A DNA stretch of 64,000 nt, from NCBI GenBank assembly GCA_963666925.2, contig CAXXTC010000007.1, forward strand, positions 288,001 to 352,000. The letters run 5' to 3'. Under the pieces are notes generated by a model. That model searched no databases. It was not told where the DNA came from and was given only the letters and a program-made list of their open reading frames with translations. This stretch comes from Phycisphaerae bacterium. GTDB taxonomy: Bacteria; Planctomycetota; Phycisphaerae; UBA1845; Fen-1342. Of the stretch, positions 41,501 to 50,692 are shown in pieces. The translations under genes were made by a program, and so were the position numbers. Within the stretch, counting starts at the first letter, position 1. The number at the start of each line of letters is the position of its first letter.

Positions 41501-41839
41501 ATGATCACTCACGAACAGGCTGCGCGACGTGTTTGGCAAGCTGCTGAGAAGTACCTTGCGATGTGCTATGTTGATCTTCTCGAAGTAGCGCGCCGCCAGA
41601 CTCCGGCTGAGAACGATTCTCACTGGGCTGAATGCGAAAGGCGCGAGGTGTACTTCGACATACACATCGCCGCCTGGGGCCTTTTGCGCAAGAGGGTCAG
41701 TGTGGAGCTGATCATGAGCGCCGGCGGGGAGGATGAGGGGCAGTCGCTCACCGTCATTGTCTACTTCGAGCGTTTTCGCAACGGTCGACTGGCTGGCCCT
41801 TGGGGCCCGGATCCGGTTCCGGAGCAGTACAGGAAGTGA
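41501..41839 (+). CDS. putative immunity protein for tip 1
   Basis: Small ORF with AAGGGAG SD directly after the tip-1 ORF. Function inferred from position. Confidence 0.65.
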   Translation: MITHEQAARRVWQAAEKYLAMCYVDLLEVARRQTPAENDSHWAECERREVYFDIHIAAWGLLRKRVSVELIMSAGGEDEGQSLTVIVYFERFRNGRLAGPWGPDPVPEQYRK

Positions 41840-41875
41840 CCCGCGCGCCGCCCACACCACGTTACTGGCTATGTC

Positions 41876-42331
41876 CAGCCGGCGTTTGAGTATCTGGGCT
41901 TCCACGCCGAGCGGGATTTGCTGAACAACAGCGCTGTGACTTACAATCATGGTGACCTTGTGGGGTCCACCATGTACCGGGCGACGTTTGATCAGCAGAA
42001 TCAGCAGACCGCGGCTCAGCAGGTCACGTACACCGCGTTCGGCGAGCCGGTGGCGCCGGACGGCGCCGGCGGCTGGACTGTCGGCGGGGAGCTGCCGATC
42101 GGCATGAGCCGCTCCGGCTACGCCGGCGGGCATGGTTATGAGAGTGGCATGATCACCTTGTATGGTGAGAACAGTGCTTTGCCGCCGATAACGCTGCTGC
42201 ACGTCGGGGAGCGTTGGTACAACCCGAGCACGGGCCGCTTCGTCCAGCGCGACCCCATCGGCCTCCGCGGCGGGTTGAATGTGTACGCCTACTGCGGCTC
42301 GCAGCCGATGACCGCCGTAGATCCGAGCGGG
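41876..42331 (+). repeat. RHS core direct repeat, copy 2
   Basis: Matches copy 1, and from 41876 matches copy 3 at 43227 (offset 1351). Confidence 0.95.
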
Positions 42332-42685
42332 TTGGGATCATGGGGGTCGCTGGGAGGCCAAACGGTCTACAACGGTTGGCGAAGGGCGGGGAAGACGCCT
42401 GAGCAGGCATCGTCGCTAATGGCGGATGGCGCGGAAACCGAACTTGCTATTGGTTTGGGATTTGGGGCGACTGGGGCGGCATGCGTCGTGTTGTATTTCG
42501 GTGGCAAAGGCGTTGCCTCGGTTTTGCAGCACAGCCACAGGTTGGGCCTGCATGGACCGCACCACAATTTCCCGGGGTTCGGGCGGCTTCCACACGTTCA
42601 GTGGAACTGGTGGAGGGCTGGCGTCAAAGGTAGTGGAGGGGTATTTCGACTTCCGCTTACACCCATGCCTCCACCTTATTTTTGA
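41918..42685 (+). CDS. orphan RHS core fragment plus C-terminal toxin tip 2
   Basis: Same core ending PMTAVDPSG, then a unique tip containing HRLGLHGPHHNF..PHVQWNWW. Confidence 0.85.
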   Translation: MLNNSAVTYNHGDLVGSTMYRATFDQQNQQTAAQQVTYTAFGEPVAPDGAGGWTVGGELPIGMSRSGYAGGHGYESGMITLYGENSALPPITLLHVGERWYNPSTGRFVQRDPIGLRGGLNVYAYCGSQPMTAVDPSGLGSWGSLGGQTVYNGWRRAGKTPEQASSLMADGAETELAIGLGFGATGAACVVLYFGGKGVASVLQHSHRLGLHGPHHNFPGFGRLPHVQWNWWRAGVKGSGGVFRLPLTPMPPPYF

Positions 42686-42850
42686 TCCCGGGGTACGGTT
42701 GGAATTGCGTACGTGTCGCGACATCCGCGCGTCCTCCTTGTTGGGTGGCATTCTGCAGCACCACAGGAGTGTTACGTCAGACGATCATGGCCTGCGCGCG
42801 GTTCATGTAAAGAAGTGTTGCTGTTGTGCGATGCTATGCGGAGACATTCT

Positions 42851-43201
42851 ATGATCGATGAAACGCTCCAAGGCGTGGTCAATCAGATTCACGATCGTTG
42901 GTTCCTGGTGGATGACATTGACTATGACGAGCAGAAGCTGTTGTGGTGCGTACCTTTCTCACGCGATCCAACCAGTTGGCCTCCCAAGGAGCGGTCGTTG
43001 AAAGGAGTGAAAGGTGCACGTGTGCTGGAAGTAGCTGGTGTCGACTCGTTTGACCTGGAAGATACAGAGCGGATTGGCTGGTACCCCTTCAACGTGCTGA
43101 TCTGGAAACCGGAGCAAGGACTGCTTGAGATAGTCACGTGCATGCCGCTGACACTTCGGTTGTGGGGCGCGGCGCCACAGGTCCGGGTATATGAGCAGTA
43201 A
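42851..43201 (+). CDS. putative immunity protein for tip 2
   Basis: GGAGA SD. Small acidic ORF MIDETLQGVVNQIHDRWF.. downstream of tip 2. Function inferred from position. Confidence 0.65.
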   Translation: MIDETLQGVVNQIHDRWFLVDDIDYDEQKLLWCVPFSRDPTSWPPKERSLKGVKGARVLEVAGVDSFDLEDTERIGWYPFNVLIWKPEQGLLEIVTCMPLTLRLWGAAPQVRVYEQ

Positions 43202-43226
43202 CCGGATCATTACGGGCCTTTTCGTA

Positions 43227-43459
43227 CAGCCGGCGTTTGAGTATCTGGGCTTCCAGGCCGAGCGGGATTTGCTGAACAACAGCGCTGTGACTTACAATCA
43301 TGGTGATCTCGTGGGGTCCACCATGTACCGGGCGACGTTCGATCAGCAGAATCAGCAGACCGCGGCTCAGCAGGTCACGTACACCGCGTTCGGCGAGCCG
43401 GTGGTGCCGGACGGCGCCGGCGGCTGGACTGTCGGCGGGGAATTGCCGATCGGCATGAG
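43227..43459 (+). pseudogene. RHS core direct repeat, copy 3 (truncated, no tip)
   Basis: QPAFEYLGFQAERDLLNNSAVTYNHGDL..GGELPIGM, after which homology stops about 55 bp from the tRNA 3' end. Confidence 0.9.
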
Positions 43460-43512
43460 GCGCTCTAGCTTGCACGCCGAGCACGTGCTGGGCAGGGCGT
43501 AGTTCGGAAGAA

Positions 43513-43586
43513 TGGGCGGCACAGGGCTCGAACCTGTGACCTTCTCGGTGTAAACGAGATGCTCTAGCCAACTGAGCTAGCCGCCC
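43513..43586 (-). tRNA. tRNA-Val(TAC), CCA not encoded
   Basis: Minus strand GGGCGGC-TAGCTCAGTTGGCTAGAGCA-TCTCG-TTTACAC-CGAGA-AGGTC-ACAGG-TTCGAGC-CCTGT-GCCGCCC-A folds as a cloverleaf with anticodon TAC. Confidence 0.97.
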
Positions 43587-43816
43587 GCGAGCAGCGGTCG
43601 ACCGTCGCCGACGCGCATCTGCGGGCCGCCGACTGGCCGAGTCCCACCATCATACCCGCTCCCATCGGCTTGCCCACCCGCCGGCCACGTTGCCAACCAG
43701 CAAAAAACTCCTCACAAGCCAGTCGTCACATCCCCCAACGCCCGCCCGTCTCGATTGGTGCTCTTGCGCCGCTCCCCGGGCGATCGCCCGCCGTCTTCGT
43801 TCGGCAAGCGCGGCTT

Positions 43817-43870
43817 GGCGGGCGGGACGCCCGCTCCACTTGCGATGTGGAACTTCTGAGAAGGTACACT
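43817..43870. repeat. REP/MITE-like element, family B (right half)
   Basis: ggcgggcgggacgcccgctccacttgcgatgtggaacttctgagaaggtac matches the right arm and tail of the other family-B copies. Confidence 0.7.
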
Positions 43871-44440
43871 CGGCTCATCGACAACCATCTGAATCCGTCC
43901 GCAAACCGCCCGCAAACCGCGATATTCCCGTGCGGCCTCCCACTCACACCGCGTTCAGTTTCATTATCGGACCCGAAAGCATTCCACCTGCTACGCCCGA
44001 TATCCCCCGCACGAAATCGGATACCCGTTCGAAAAAACCAATAGTTCATCTCTTCTTCTGGCGAATCGCGCTCTTGTACGCTTCTCGATAAGAGCCGAAT
44101 CATTCCAACGACCCCTCAGCCGTTCTTACCGGAACAACGCTACGGTTTTGCAAATCGCGTTTGATTTTGCCCGGGTAGGGCGCCTAAGACTTTGATGTAG
44201 GGGACCATACGTCCTTCCGGGACGGGTCCGATCCCCTGCGACAGCACGAGCTTCCACTTGCCATACAGGGCACGCCCTAAGAGGCGGCACTGAAGGCTTA
44301 TGTATCGTGGAACCGCTCCCGAGCGGGCCCGGCGCGCAGCGTGCGCGCTTGCTCACGGAAGCCTCGGGAGATCCAGCGGCCACCGAGGAGCCACTCGCCA
44401 GTTCGGGCTCCTGGCAGCCGGTTGTGCAGGAGAATCGATA

Positions 44441-45145
44441 ATGCGTCGCAGCAATCTGTGCCTGTTCGCCATCATACTGGTGGCCATCGGCGCGGTCTCA
44501 GCTCAGGCCGAACTGATCTGGGACAATTACCTTTCGAATAACCCCGGCTACGACGGAACTTCCTACTTCAGTTCCGAACGCTGCACATCGGTGCCGGACT
44601 CCTGGGCCGGCGATGACGCCGTCTGGGAAACGACCGTCACGATCTCGGCCATCGAGTGGCTCGGCGCACGCAAGCCGGGCTACGACTACGGCTATGCCGA
44701 GGCCATTATCCTCGACAGCGATTTCCAGACGCTGTACGAGTTCACCATTGATAGCGGCCAGCCGCTCGATTACACCGCCGAGGAACTCCCCGGGCCGGTG
44801 TTCGGCTGGATGCCATACGAGGGGTACGTCGAGATCCCGGAGACCACCCTTCTGGCCGGCCAATACTACATCGCCGTCCGGCTGGTGTCGGCCGCCGAAC
44901 CCGGCGACGCCACTACTGCCGGCCGTAACGTTGTTCTCACCACGGGCAACGGCGGTATCAACGGCGACACGATGGGTGTCATCAAGAACGTCGGCCTCGG
45001 TGCCGACGACTGGATGCTCGTCGACAACTACTTCGGTACACCCGCCACAGACTACTCGTATCGTATTTATGGGGTGGAGGTTCCGGAGCCGGCTGGGCTG
45101 CTACTGCTTGTTTCCGGCCTCCTGCTCGGACGTCGGCGCTTGTAG
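44441..45145 (+). CDS. PEP-CTERM protein
   Basis: AGGAG SD, signal peptide MRRSNLCLFAIILVAIGAVSAQA and C-terminus VPEPAGLLLLVSGLLLGRRRL. Confidence 0.92.
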   Translation: MRRSNLCLFAIILVAIGAVSAQAELIWDNYLSNNPGYDGTSYFSSERCTSVPDSWAGDDAVWETTVTISAIEWLGARKPGYDYGYAEAIILDSDFQTLYEFTIDSGQPLDYTAEELPGPVFGWMPYEGYVEIPETTLLAGQYYIAVRLVSAAEPGDATTAGRNVVLTTGNGGINGDTMGVIKNVGLGADDWMLVDNYFGTPATDYSYRIYGVEVPEPAGLLLLVSGLLLGRRRL

Positions 45146-45170
45146 TGTCGGCGACGTAGCAAGAGATCGT

Positions 45171-45207
45171 GCGAGGTCGTCTCCTGGTGGACGACCTCGC
45201 TCTTTTT
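45171..45207 (+). terminator. intrinsic terminator
   Basis: 11-bp stem gcgaggtcgtc / gacgacctcgc followed by tcttttt. Confidence 0.85.
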
Positions 45208-45254
45208 ATGCGCAGATGCCAAGGGCGCGAGCCCCGTCCAACCCCCGGGCAAAC

Positions 45255-46274
45255 CTACCCTCCGAGTTGCCCCGCCGTCACAACGCAGAACCGGTCAGTC
45301 ATCCCCGCCACGTAGTCCGCCACCACCCGCTGCACGCCCTGTTTCGCAACCCGTCCCGCAAATCGTGCCGGCAGTAGCTCCGGCTTGGCCGCAAACGCGT
45401 CAAACACCCGCCCCAGAATGCTGCGGGCCTGCTCGTCCGCCGACCGGATTCGCTCGCTGCGATACACCCGTTTCGCCAGAAAAGCATCCAGCTCGTCCAA
45501 CTCGCGTTCCGCGTCGCCCGCCAACTCCGGCCGGCCGGGCCGATCCGCGTTGGGCACCGGCCTTACCGCCTCGAGCAACTCCTGCCGAATGCGGTCGACG
45601 GTCGGTCGCAGATGCGGCCGCCACGCGTCGGGCTCGTCGCTTACCGTGCCGGTATAGCTGCGTTGCCACAACGCCAGCGGCGCCAGGTCGGCCGGCGCGA
45701 TCAGACCCGCATACAGCCCATCCTGTAGATCGTGCAGCGCGTACGTGAAGCGGTCCGCCAGGTCGACCAACACGCCCTCCGGCGGCGCGGGCTGCCCGTC
45801 CTGGAGCGGGTGCGTTCCGGGCCGATCGTAGCGCGTCGAGTGTTTCGCCAGGCACTCGCGCACGACGTGCGTCAGGTTCAGCCCGCGGAAGTCGGGATAG
45901 GGGTGTTCCAACTCCTCGACGATCCGTAGCGTGTGCCGATTGTGCTCAAACCCGCCGTGGGCGTGCATTTTCTCGTTCAGCGCCTGCTCGCCGGCATGTC
46001 CGAAAGGGGGGTGGCCCAGGTCGTGGGCCAGGGCGACCACCTCTGCGAGATCGCTGCTCAGCGCCAATCGATGGGCCAGGCACCGGGCCAGGTGGGCGAC
46101 CTCGAGCGTGTGCGTCATTCGGGTGCGGATGTGATCGGTATCGGGTGCGACAAACGCCTGCGTCTTGTGCTGGAGGCGTCGAAAGGCGGCCGAGTGAACC
46201 ACACGCTGACGGTCCAGCACCAGCGGCGGGAGTGTTGCGGCGAGCGGGTCCGGATGCTTGCGAGCGAGGTTCAT
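45255..46274 (-). CDS. dgt: dGTP triphosphohydrolase (HD family)
   Basis: DRQRVVHSAAFRRLQHKTQ, RTRMTHTLEVA, AHDLGHPPFGHAGE, FEHN, HDLQDG and DYVAGMTDRF. Confidence 0.93.
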   Translation of the reverse strand: MNLARKHPDPLAATLPPLVLDRQRVVHSAAFRRLQHKTQAFVAPDTDHIRTRMTHTLEVAHLARCLAHRLALSSDLAEVVALAHDLGHPPFGHAGEQALNEKMHAHGGFEHNRHTLRIVEELEHPYPDFRGLNLTHVVRECLAKHSTRYDRPGTHPLQDGQPAPPEGVLVDLADRFTYALHDLQDGLYAGLIAPADLAPLALWQRSYTGTVSDEPDAWRPHLRPTVDRIRQELLEAVRPVPNADRPGRPELAGDAERELDELDAFLAKRVYRSERIRSADEQARSILGRVFDAFAAKPELLPARFAGRVAKQGVQRVVADYVAGMTDRFCVVTAGQLGG

Positions 46275-46338
46275 GGGGCTTGTCCGCGCGGCTTTGGAAA
46301 CGTTCGCGTGGAACCGGAGCCGGCGCCGGCGGAATCAA

Positions 46339-47622
46339 CTATTCGGAATCCTCCTCGATCCGCTCGACGCTGCGTATGCGGACGTCTTCCAGCGGCACAT
46401 CCTCATAGCCCTCAACCGTGCCGGTCTCGACGGTGGCGATGCGATCGATGACGGATAGGCCGGTTAGCACCTGTCCAAACACAGTGTAACCTGCGTTGGA
46501 GTCGCTGGCGTCGAGGAAGTCGTTGTCGATCAGGTTGAAGTAAAACTGCGACGTGGCCGAGTCGGGGTTGCTGGTCCGTGCCATCGCGACCGTACCGCGC
46601 TCGTTGAGCAGACCATTGTCGGCCTCGCTGGGCACGGGGTCGTTAGTGGTCTTGGGGGTCATGCCGGTGAGGAAGCCGCCACCCTGCACGACGAACCCGG
46701 CGATCACGCGGTGGAAGATCGTGTTCGTGTAGAAGCCGTCGTCGACGTAGGCGAGGAAATTCTCGACCGTCAACGGAGCATCTTCGTCGAACAGCTCGAC
46801 CGTGATGTTGCCCATGGTGGTTTCGATCCGCACTCGCGTGCCGAGCGTGTCGGGGTTGCGCACGATTACTGATACCTCGTCAGTTACTGACCGGTTGACC
46901 GAATCGGTTACGGTCAGCCGGAATTCTAGCGTGTTGGTCGCGCCGCTTTCGTAGCCCGGCGCGGTGAATGTGACAATGCCCTCATCGTCGTCGTCGGTTT
47001 CAAGTTCAACGGTCGTTCCCGAAATCTGGTGCCAGGCGTATGTCAGGTCATTACCGGTGCTGTCTGTGCCGTCCAGCGTCACCGTGTCGCCCGGAGCGAC
47101 GCTCTGCTCTTCGCCGGCGACGGCTTCCGGCCCTTCCGGACGGTCCTCGCCGCCCGAACTCGTGCCCGTTCCCCCGGGCACGAAGGGTACGTAGTCCGTG
47201 TCGGCGGCGACGGTCACCGCCGTCTCGGCCTGCCCCACGTCGCCGTCCGCGTTCCAGGTCGTCACAAGGAAACGCAGCGTGTCATCGTCTTCGAGCGAGG
47301 GCGTCACAAAGTTGGCGACGCGCGACCTGGCGTTGGTCAGCGCCACGCCGGCCCCGGCAGTCTGCACCCACGCGTACGAAATACCTTCGCCGCCGTCCGT
47401 GACCACCGCACGAAGCTCAACCGTATACCCCACCGGAACACGCAGGTCCTCCGTCAGCATGACGTTTTCCGTCTCCGCTTCGGCCGTCGTCGCGAGCGTG
47501 CCGCGCACAACGGTCGTGGACCCATCAGTGTCGTCCGTAGTCGTGCCCGCCAGCGGGCAGCTTTGCGGCGCAAAAGGCACCAGCGCCAGAACACCCAGAG
47601 TGAGCAGCATGAAGCGTATCAC
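46339..47622 (-). CDS. exported cyclophilin-type peptidyl-prolyl isomerase with two N-terminal PKD/REJ-like domains
   Basis: YAWVQTAG and YAWHQISG PKD-like repeats, then APLTVENFLAYV, FHRVIAGFVVQGGG, AMARTSNPDSATSQF and GYTVFG. Confidence 0.92.
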   Translation of the reverse strand: MIRFMLLTLGVLALVPFAPQSCPLAGTTTDDTDGSTTVVRGTLATTAEAETENVMLTEDLRVPVGYTVELRAVVTDGGEGISYAWVQTAGAGVALTNARSRVANFVTPSLEDDDTLRFLVTTWNADGDVGQAETAVTVAADTDYVPFVPGGTGTSSGGEDRPEGPEAVAGEEQSVAPGDTVTLDGTDSTGNDLTYAWHQISGTTVELETDDDDEGIVTFTAPGYESGATNTLEFRLTVTDSVNRSVTDEVSVIVRNPDTLGTRVRIETTMGNITVELFDEDAPLTVENFLAYVDDGFYTNTIFHRVIAGFVVQGGGFLTGMTPKTTNDPVPSEADNGLLNERGTVAMARTSNPDSATSQFYFNLIDNDFLDASDSNAGYTVFGQVLTGLSVIDRIATVETGTVEGYEDVPLEDVRIRSVERIEEDSE

Positions 47623-47816
47623 CGGCGTTTCCTCCATGAGCATCCAGGCTCGGGTCGTCACACACACCGCGACCCGCGCCCCAATATTGTAGCCGACCCG
47701 CGGGTGTTCCTGTAGTCCGCACGGGACCGAGCTGCTCCGTCGCTCCATCGACGGCAAGCACGCCACAGCTTATCGGAATGAGCCCGTGAATCAATCTCCC
47801 ACAACCCTGATAGATC

Positions 47817-47930
47817 TTGTGCCACCGGTCTCCAAACCCTTGTGGCACCGGTTCCCAAATCCTTGTGGCACCGGTTTGTAACCGGTGGGGCACGCCGGCT
47901 ACGAACCCCAACGCCACGGATATGGGATGG
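47817..47930. repeat. REP-like element, family A with tandem 23-bp units
   Basis: ttgtgccaccggtctccaaaccc / ttgtggcaccggttcccaaatcc / ttgtggcaccggtttgtaaccggtgggg.. Confidence 0.85.
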
Positions 47931-47944
47931 ATTTCACCCGCCGA

Positions 47945-50332
47945 CTACCGCGAGCGCTCAAACCGCCGGCCGAACTCTGCTACGTCCACCAAGTCCAGAT
48001 CTCCGTCCCCATCCCAGTCGAACACCGTCAGGTAGAACGGCCCGCAACGCTCATCCGGAGTCGCCGGAGCGCAATCCGGCCCCGCCAGCACCCCCAGCAG
48101 CGCATGCAGGTCGCTGCTCCCGACCATGCCGTCGCCGTCATAGTCGCCCGCCCCGGTCGTCTCGCACTCGTCCAGCCACTCGTTCAGGTTGCAGTCCAGC
48201 GCCGTCTCGTGGTAGTGCAGCTCGCAATAGTCCAGCACGTAGTTTTCGTTGCAGTCGGCCGCGTCGCCGCCGGCAATCTGCTTGATATCGAGCACCCCGT
48301 CGCCGTCACAGTCGCCGAACTCGTACGCCCCCTGGTCGATCGTTAGCTCGCCCGCGCCGGTGCTGTCGAGTACACGCTCGGCGCCGTCCAGGTCGAGCCC
48401 GCACGGCGGCGCCCAGGCATCGTTCAGACCCGCGTCGAGTCCGGGCGACGCGACGGATAGTCGAAAATCATCATCAAACGTCCCCGCCACACCATCCAGC
48501 CCGAGCGGGTCGACAAACCGCGGGTCGGCGTCAAAGTTGCCCTGCGTCGCCTCGATCTCCGTAATGTTGTTGTGCCAGGTGCAGTACGTCTTGTAGTTGA
48601 GCATCTCGTCGTGCAAATAGAGCCCGGTGGGCAGGTTGTCGCGGACGATATTGTTGGTAAACACCGGCTTGCCGATGAAGCTCAGTATGCCGCACGTATG
48701 GATGTACGGGTTGGCCTCGTTGTGAATGGTGTTCCGAACAATGGTGTTGTTGATCAGATGCGGATGTGAATACGCCGCGTAAATCGCGCTCGCGTTGCCG
48801 ATCGCGTGATTATCGACCAGCAGGTTGCCGGCAATCAGCGGGTTCGCATTGCGATACATGAAAATCGCGCCGCCATACTCGGCCAGGTTGTGCCGAAAAA
48901 CGCAGTTCGCAATGGTCAGGTGCGAGAATTCGATGATCGACAATGCCCCGCCGGCGTAGGGATAACTATCGGCGTCGCCGCTGAGCGCCTTGCTGTATTC
49001 AAATTTGCAGTAGCGCAGCTCGGACGCAACGTTGGTCGCAGCGCCGGCAAAGCGAATGCCGTTCCAGCAACCCGCCCGCTCGGCGTCGATCGTGAATTCC
49101 TCCGGGTGCGCCGCGGTAAAGACGATCCGCGCCGCGGGTGTGCCAACCGCCAGCAACGTGCCGGCCACGCTCAGCCGATAGTAGCCGCCAAACTCAACCC
49201 GCGCGCCGGGCGAGATGGTCAGCGTCACGCCGTCTATGACCGTCACGTCGCCCACCACCCGTACCAACTCGGCGTCCCAGGTCGTGTCCTCGACAATCGG
49301 TCCGGAAACCTCGATCACATCGCCGCGGCCGACGGTAGCTGCAGGAGCTATCCCAGAGTTTTTGTGGCACCGAACTCTGGTGGCACCGGTTTTTAACCGG
49401 TGATTCGATTCCCACTGGTTACAAACCAGTGCCACAGTCTTGGGATAGGCTTCCCCAGAACCCCTGTGCCACCGGTTTTCAGCCGGTGCTGGTAGGCCGA
49501 GCCGGTTGGCCGCGCCGCCGGCGAAGGTCTGGCAGCCATAGTCGCGCGCCGGCGAGCCAGCCACGGGCCGATAGTCGCCGTGCTCAGGGTCGGTCAGCAG
49601 CGGGTCGATTCCGATGACATTGTTGAACGGTGCCTGACCGGCACTCTCCCACTCCGCGGGCGCGACTCACCCATAGTCGCACACTAGCATGAAGTGGCGC
49701 AGGGCGTCGTCGTTCGCATCCGGATCGGAATGATATGACCAGTTCTCGTACAGGTTGTGCTGTATCTGCTGAATGCTGAAGCAGAAGCTCGGCCCGGTCG
49801 GCAGCCAGTCGCTGGGCAACCCGGTGAAGAAGTGGAAGTCTGAGCCCGTATCGACGGTATTCACGACCAGGTTCCGCTCGATCACTATCTCGTCGCCGCA
49901 GCCGGTCATACGCACGCCGAAATCTTCCGGCCCATAGAACGTGATGTAGCGTACGGATCCCTCCGGCACGAACACGCCGGCCCCGCCATCGTGCCCGCGA
50001 AAACGGACATTGCCATTGAGGATAATGCAGTCGGCGATATCAAAACGGTTGTTGCAGTACGCGAAGCAGATTTCCTGCCCACCGAGGTCGATGATGGCGC
50101 CGTTACCGACGATGCGCACATCCCGGCTGCCCTCTTCAAACTCGGCCGTGATGTGGTTATACGTGCCGCCCAGCCACAACCCCCCAGTGTACGTCACGCC
50201 CGTTTGCAGTACGACGTACTTGTGATATCCATTGCCCGAATCGGCCGCGTCATAGGCCGCCTGGAGTGTGTCCGCCGGGGTTACCAGCGGCCCTGCGAGC
50301 AATAGGGCCACAGCCGCGAAAACGCGTCGCAT
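47945..50332 (-). CDS. secreted tandem beta-helix protein with a dockerin-like end, read as one 795-aa frame across an in-frame TGA at 49667-49669 (candidate selenoprotein)
   Basis: ORF 49667-50359 and ORF 47945-49564 share a frame and are separated only by this TGA. Only the first part has a signal peptide (MRRVFAAVALLLAG..). The junction reads FMLVCDYG-TGA-VAPAEW..NNVIGIDPLLTDPEHGDYRPVAGSPA. Confidence 0.7.
49348..49495. repeat. cluster of family-A REP-like palindromes inside the coding linker
   Basis: ttgtggcaccg.., tggcaccggtttttaaccggtg, cactggttacaaaccagtgccaca and tgtgccaccggttttcagccggtg, with a flanking ctatccca/tgggatag inverted repeat. Confidence 0.8.
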
Positions 50333-50594
50333 GGAAAATCTCACCAGCGCCTGGGTCAAGCGGCCGCCGACACCAATCGACCACCACCTGGAGCAGTTTC
50401 AGAAATGGTCCGGCGTGCCACTGTTCTGTGAGCAGTGCATTCGCAACAGCGTCGGCTCGCCAAGGCGACGGGCCGTAATTGAAAACGCTCTAAAGCCAGC
50501 ATACCGCCGCCAATCCCGCGCACCAACCCTGTGCCAGATATGCCCCGTGCCCGCCACTGTGACCGCTGAATATCAGACCTTCCCCACCGAATCT

Positions 50595-50672
50595 TTGTGG
50601 CACCGGTTCTCAAAACTTTGTGGCACCGGTTTGTAACCGGTCCTTCGCGCCGGCCACAAACCCCAATCCCAC
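50595..50672. repeat. REP-like element, family A with tandem 23-bp unit
   Basis: ttgtggcaccggttctcaaaact followed by ttgtggcaccggtttgtaaccggt..aaccccaat. Confidence 0.8.
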
Positions 50673-50692
50673 AATCTTGGGCCTGGCTCGAG

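Noticed and set aside
41837..41920. Immunity-1 TGA is in frame with RHS copy 2, suggesting a second read-through
   Set aside because: One-in-three chance. The equivalent junction at copy 3 is in a different frame, and there is no Cys partner or domain continuity.
47817..47890. Tandem 23-bp units (also at 50595) as a mini-CRISPR array
   Set aside because: Units are contiguous with no unique spacers, there are only 2-3 copies, no cas genes are present, and the same motif is dispersed as REP-like palindromes.
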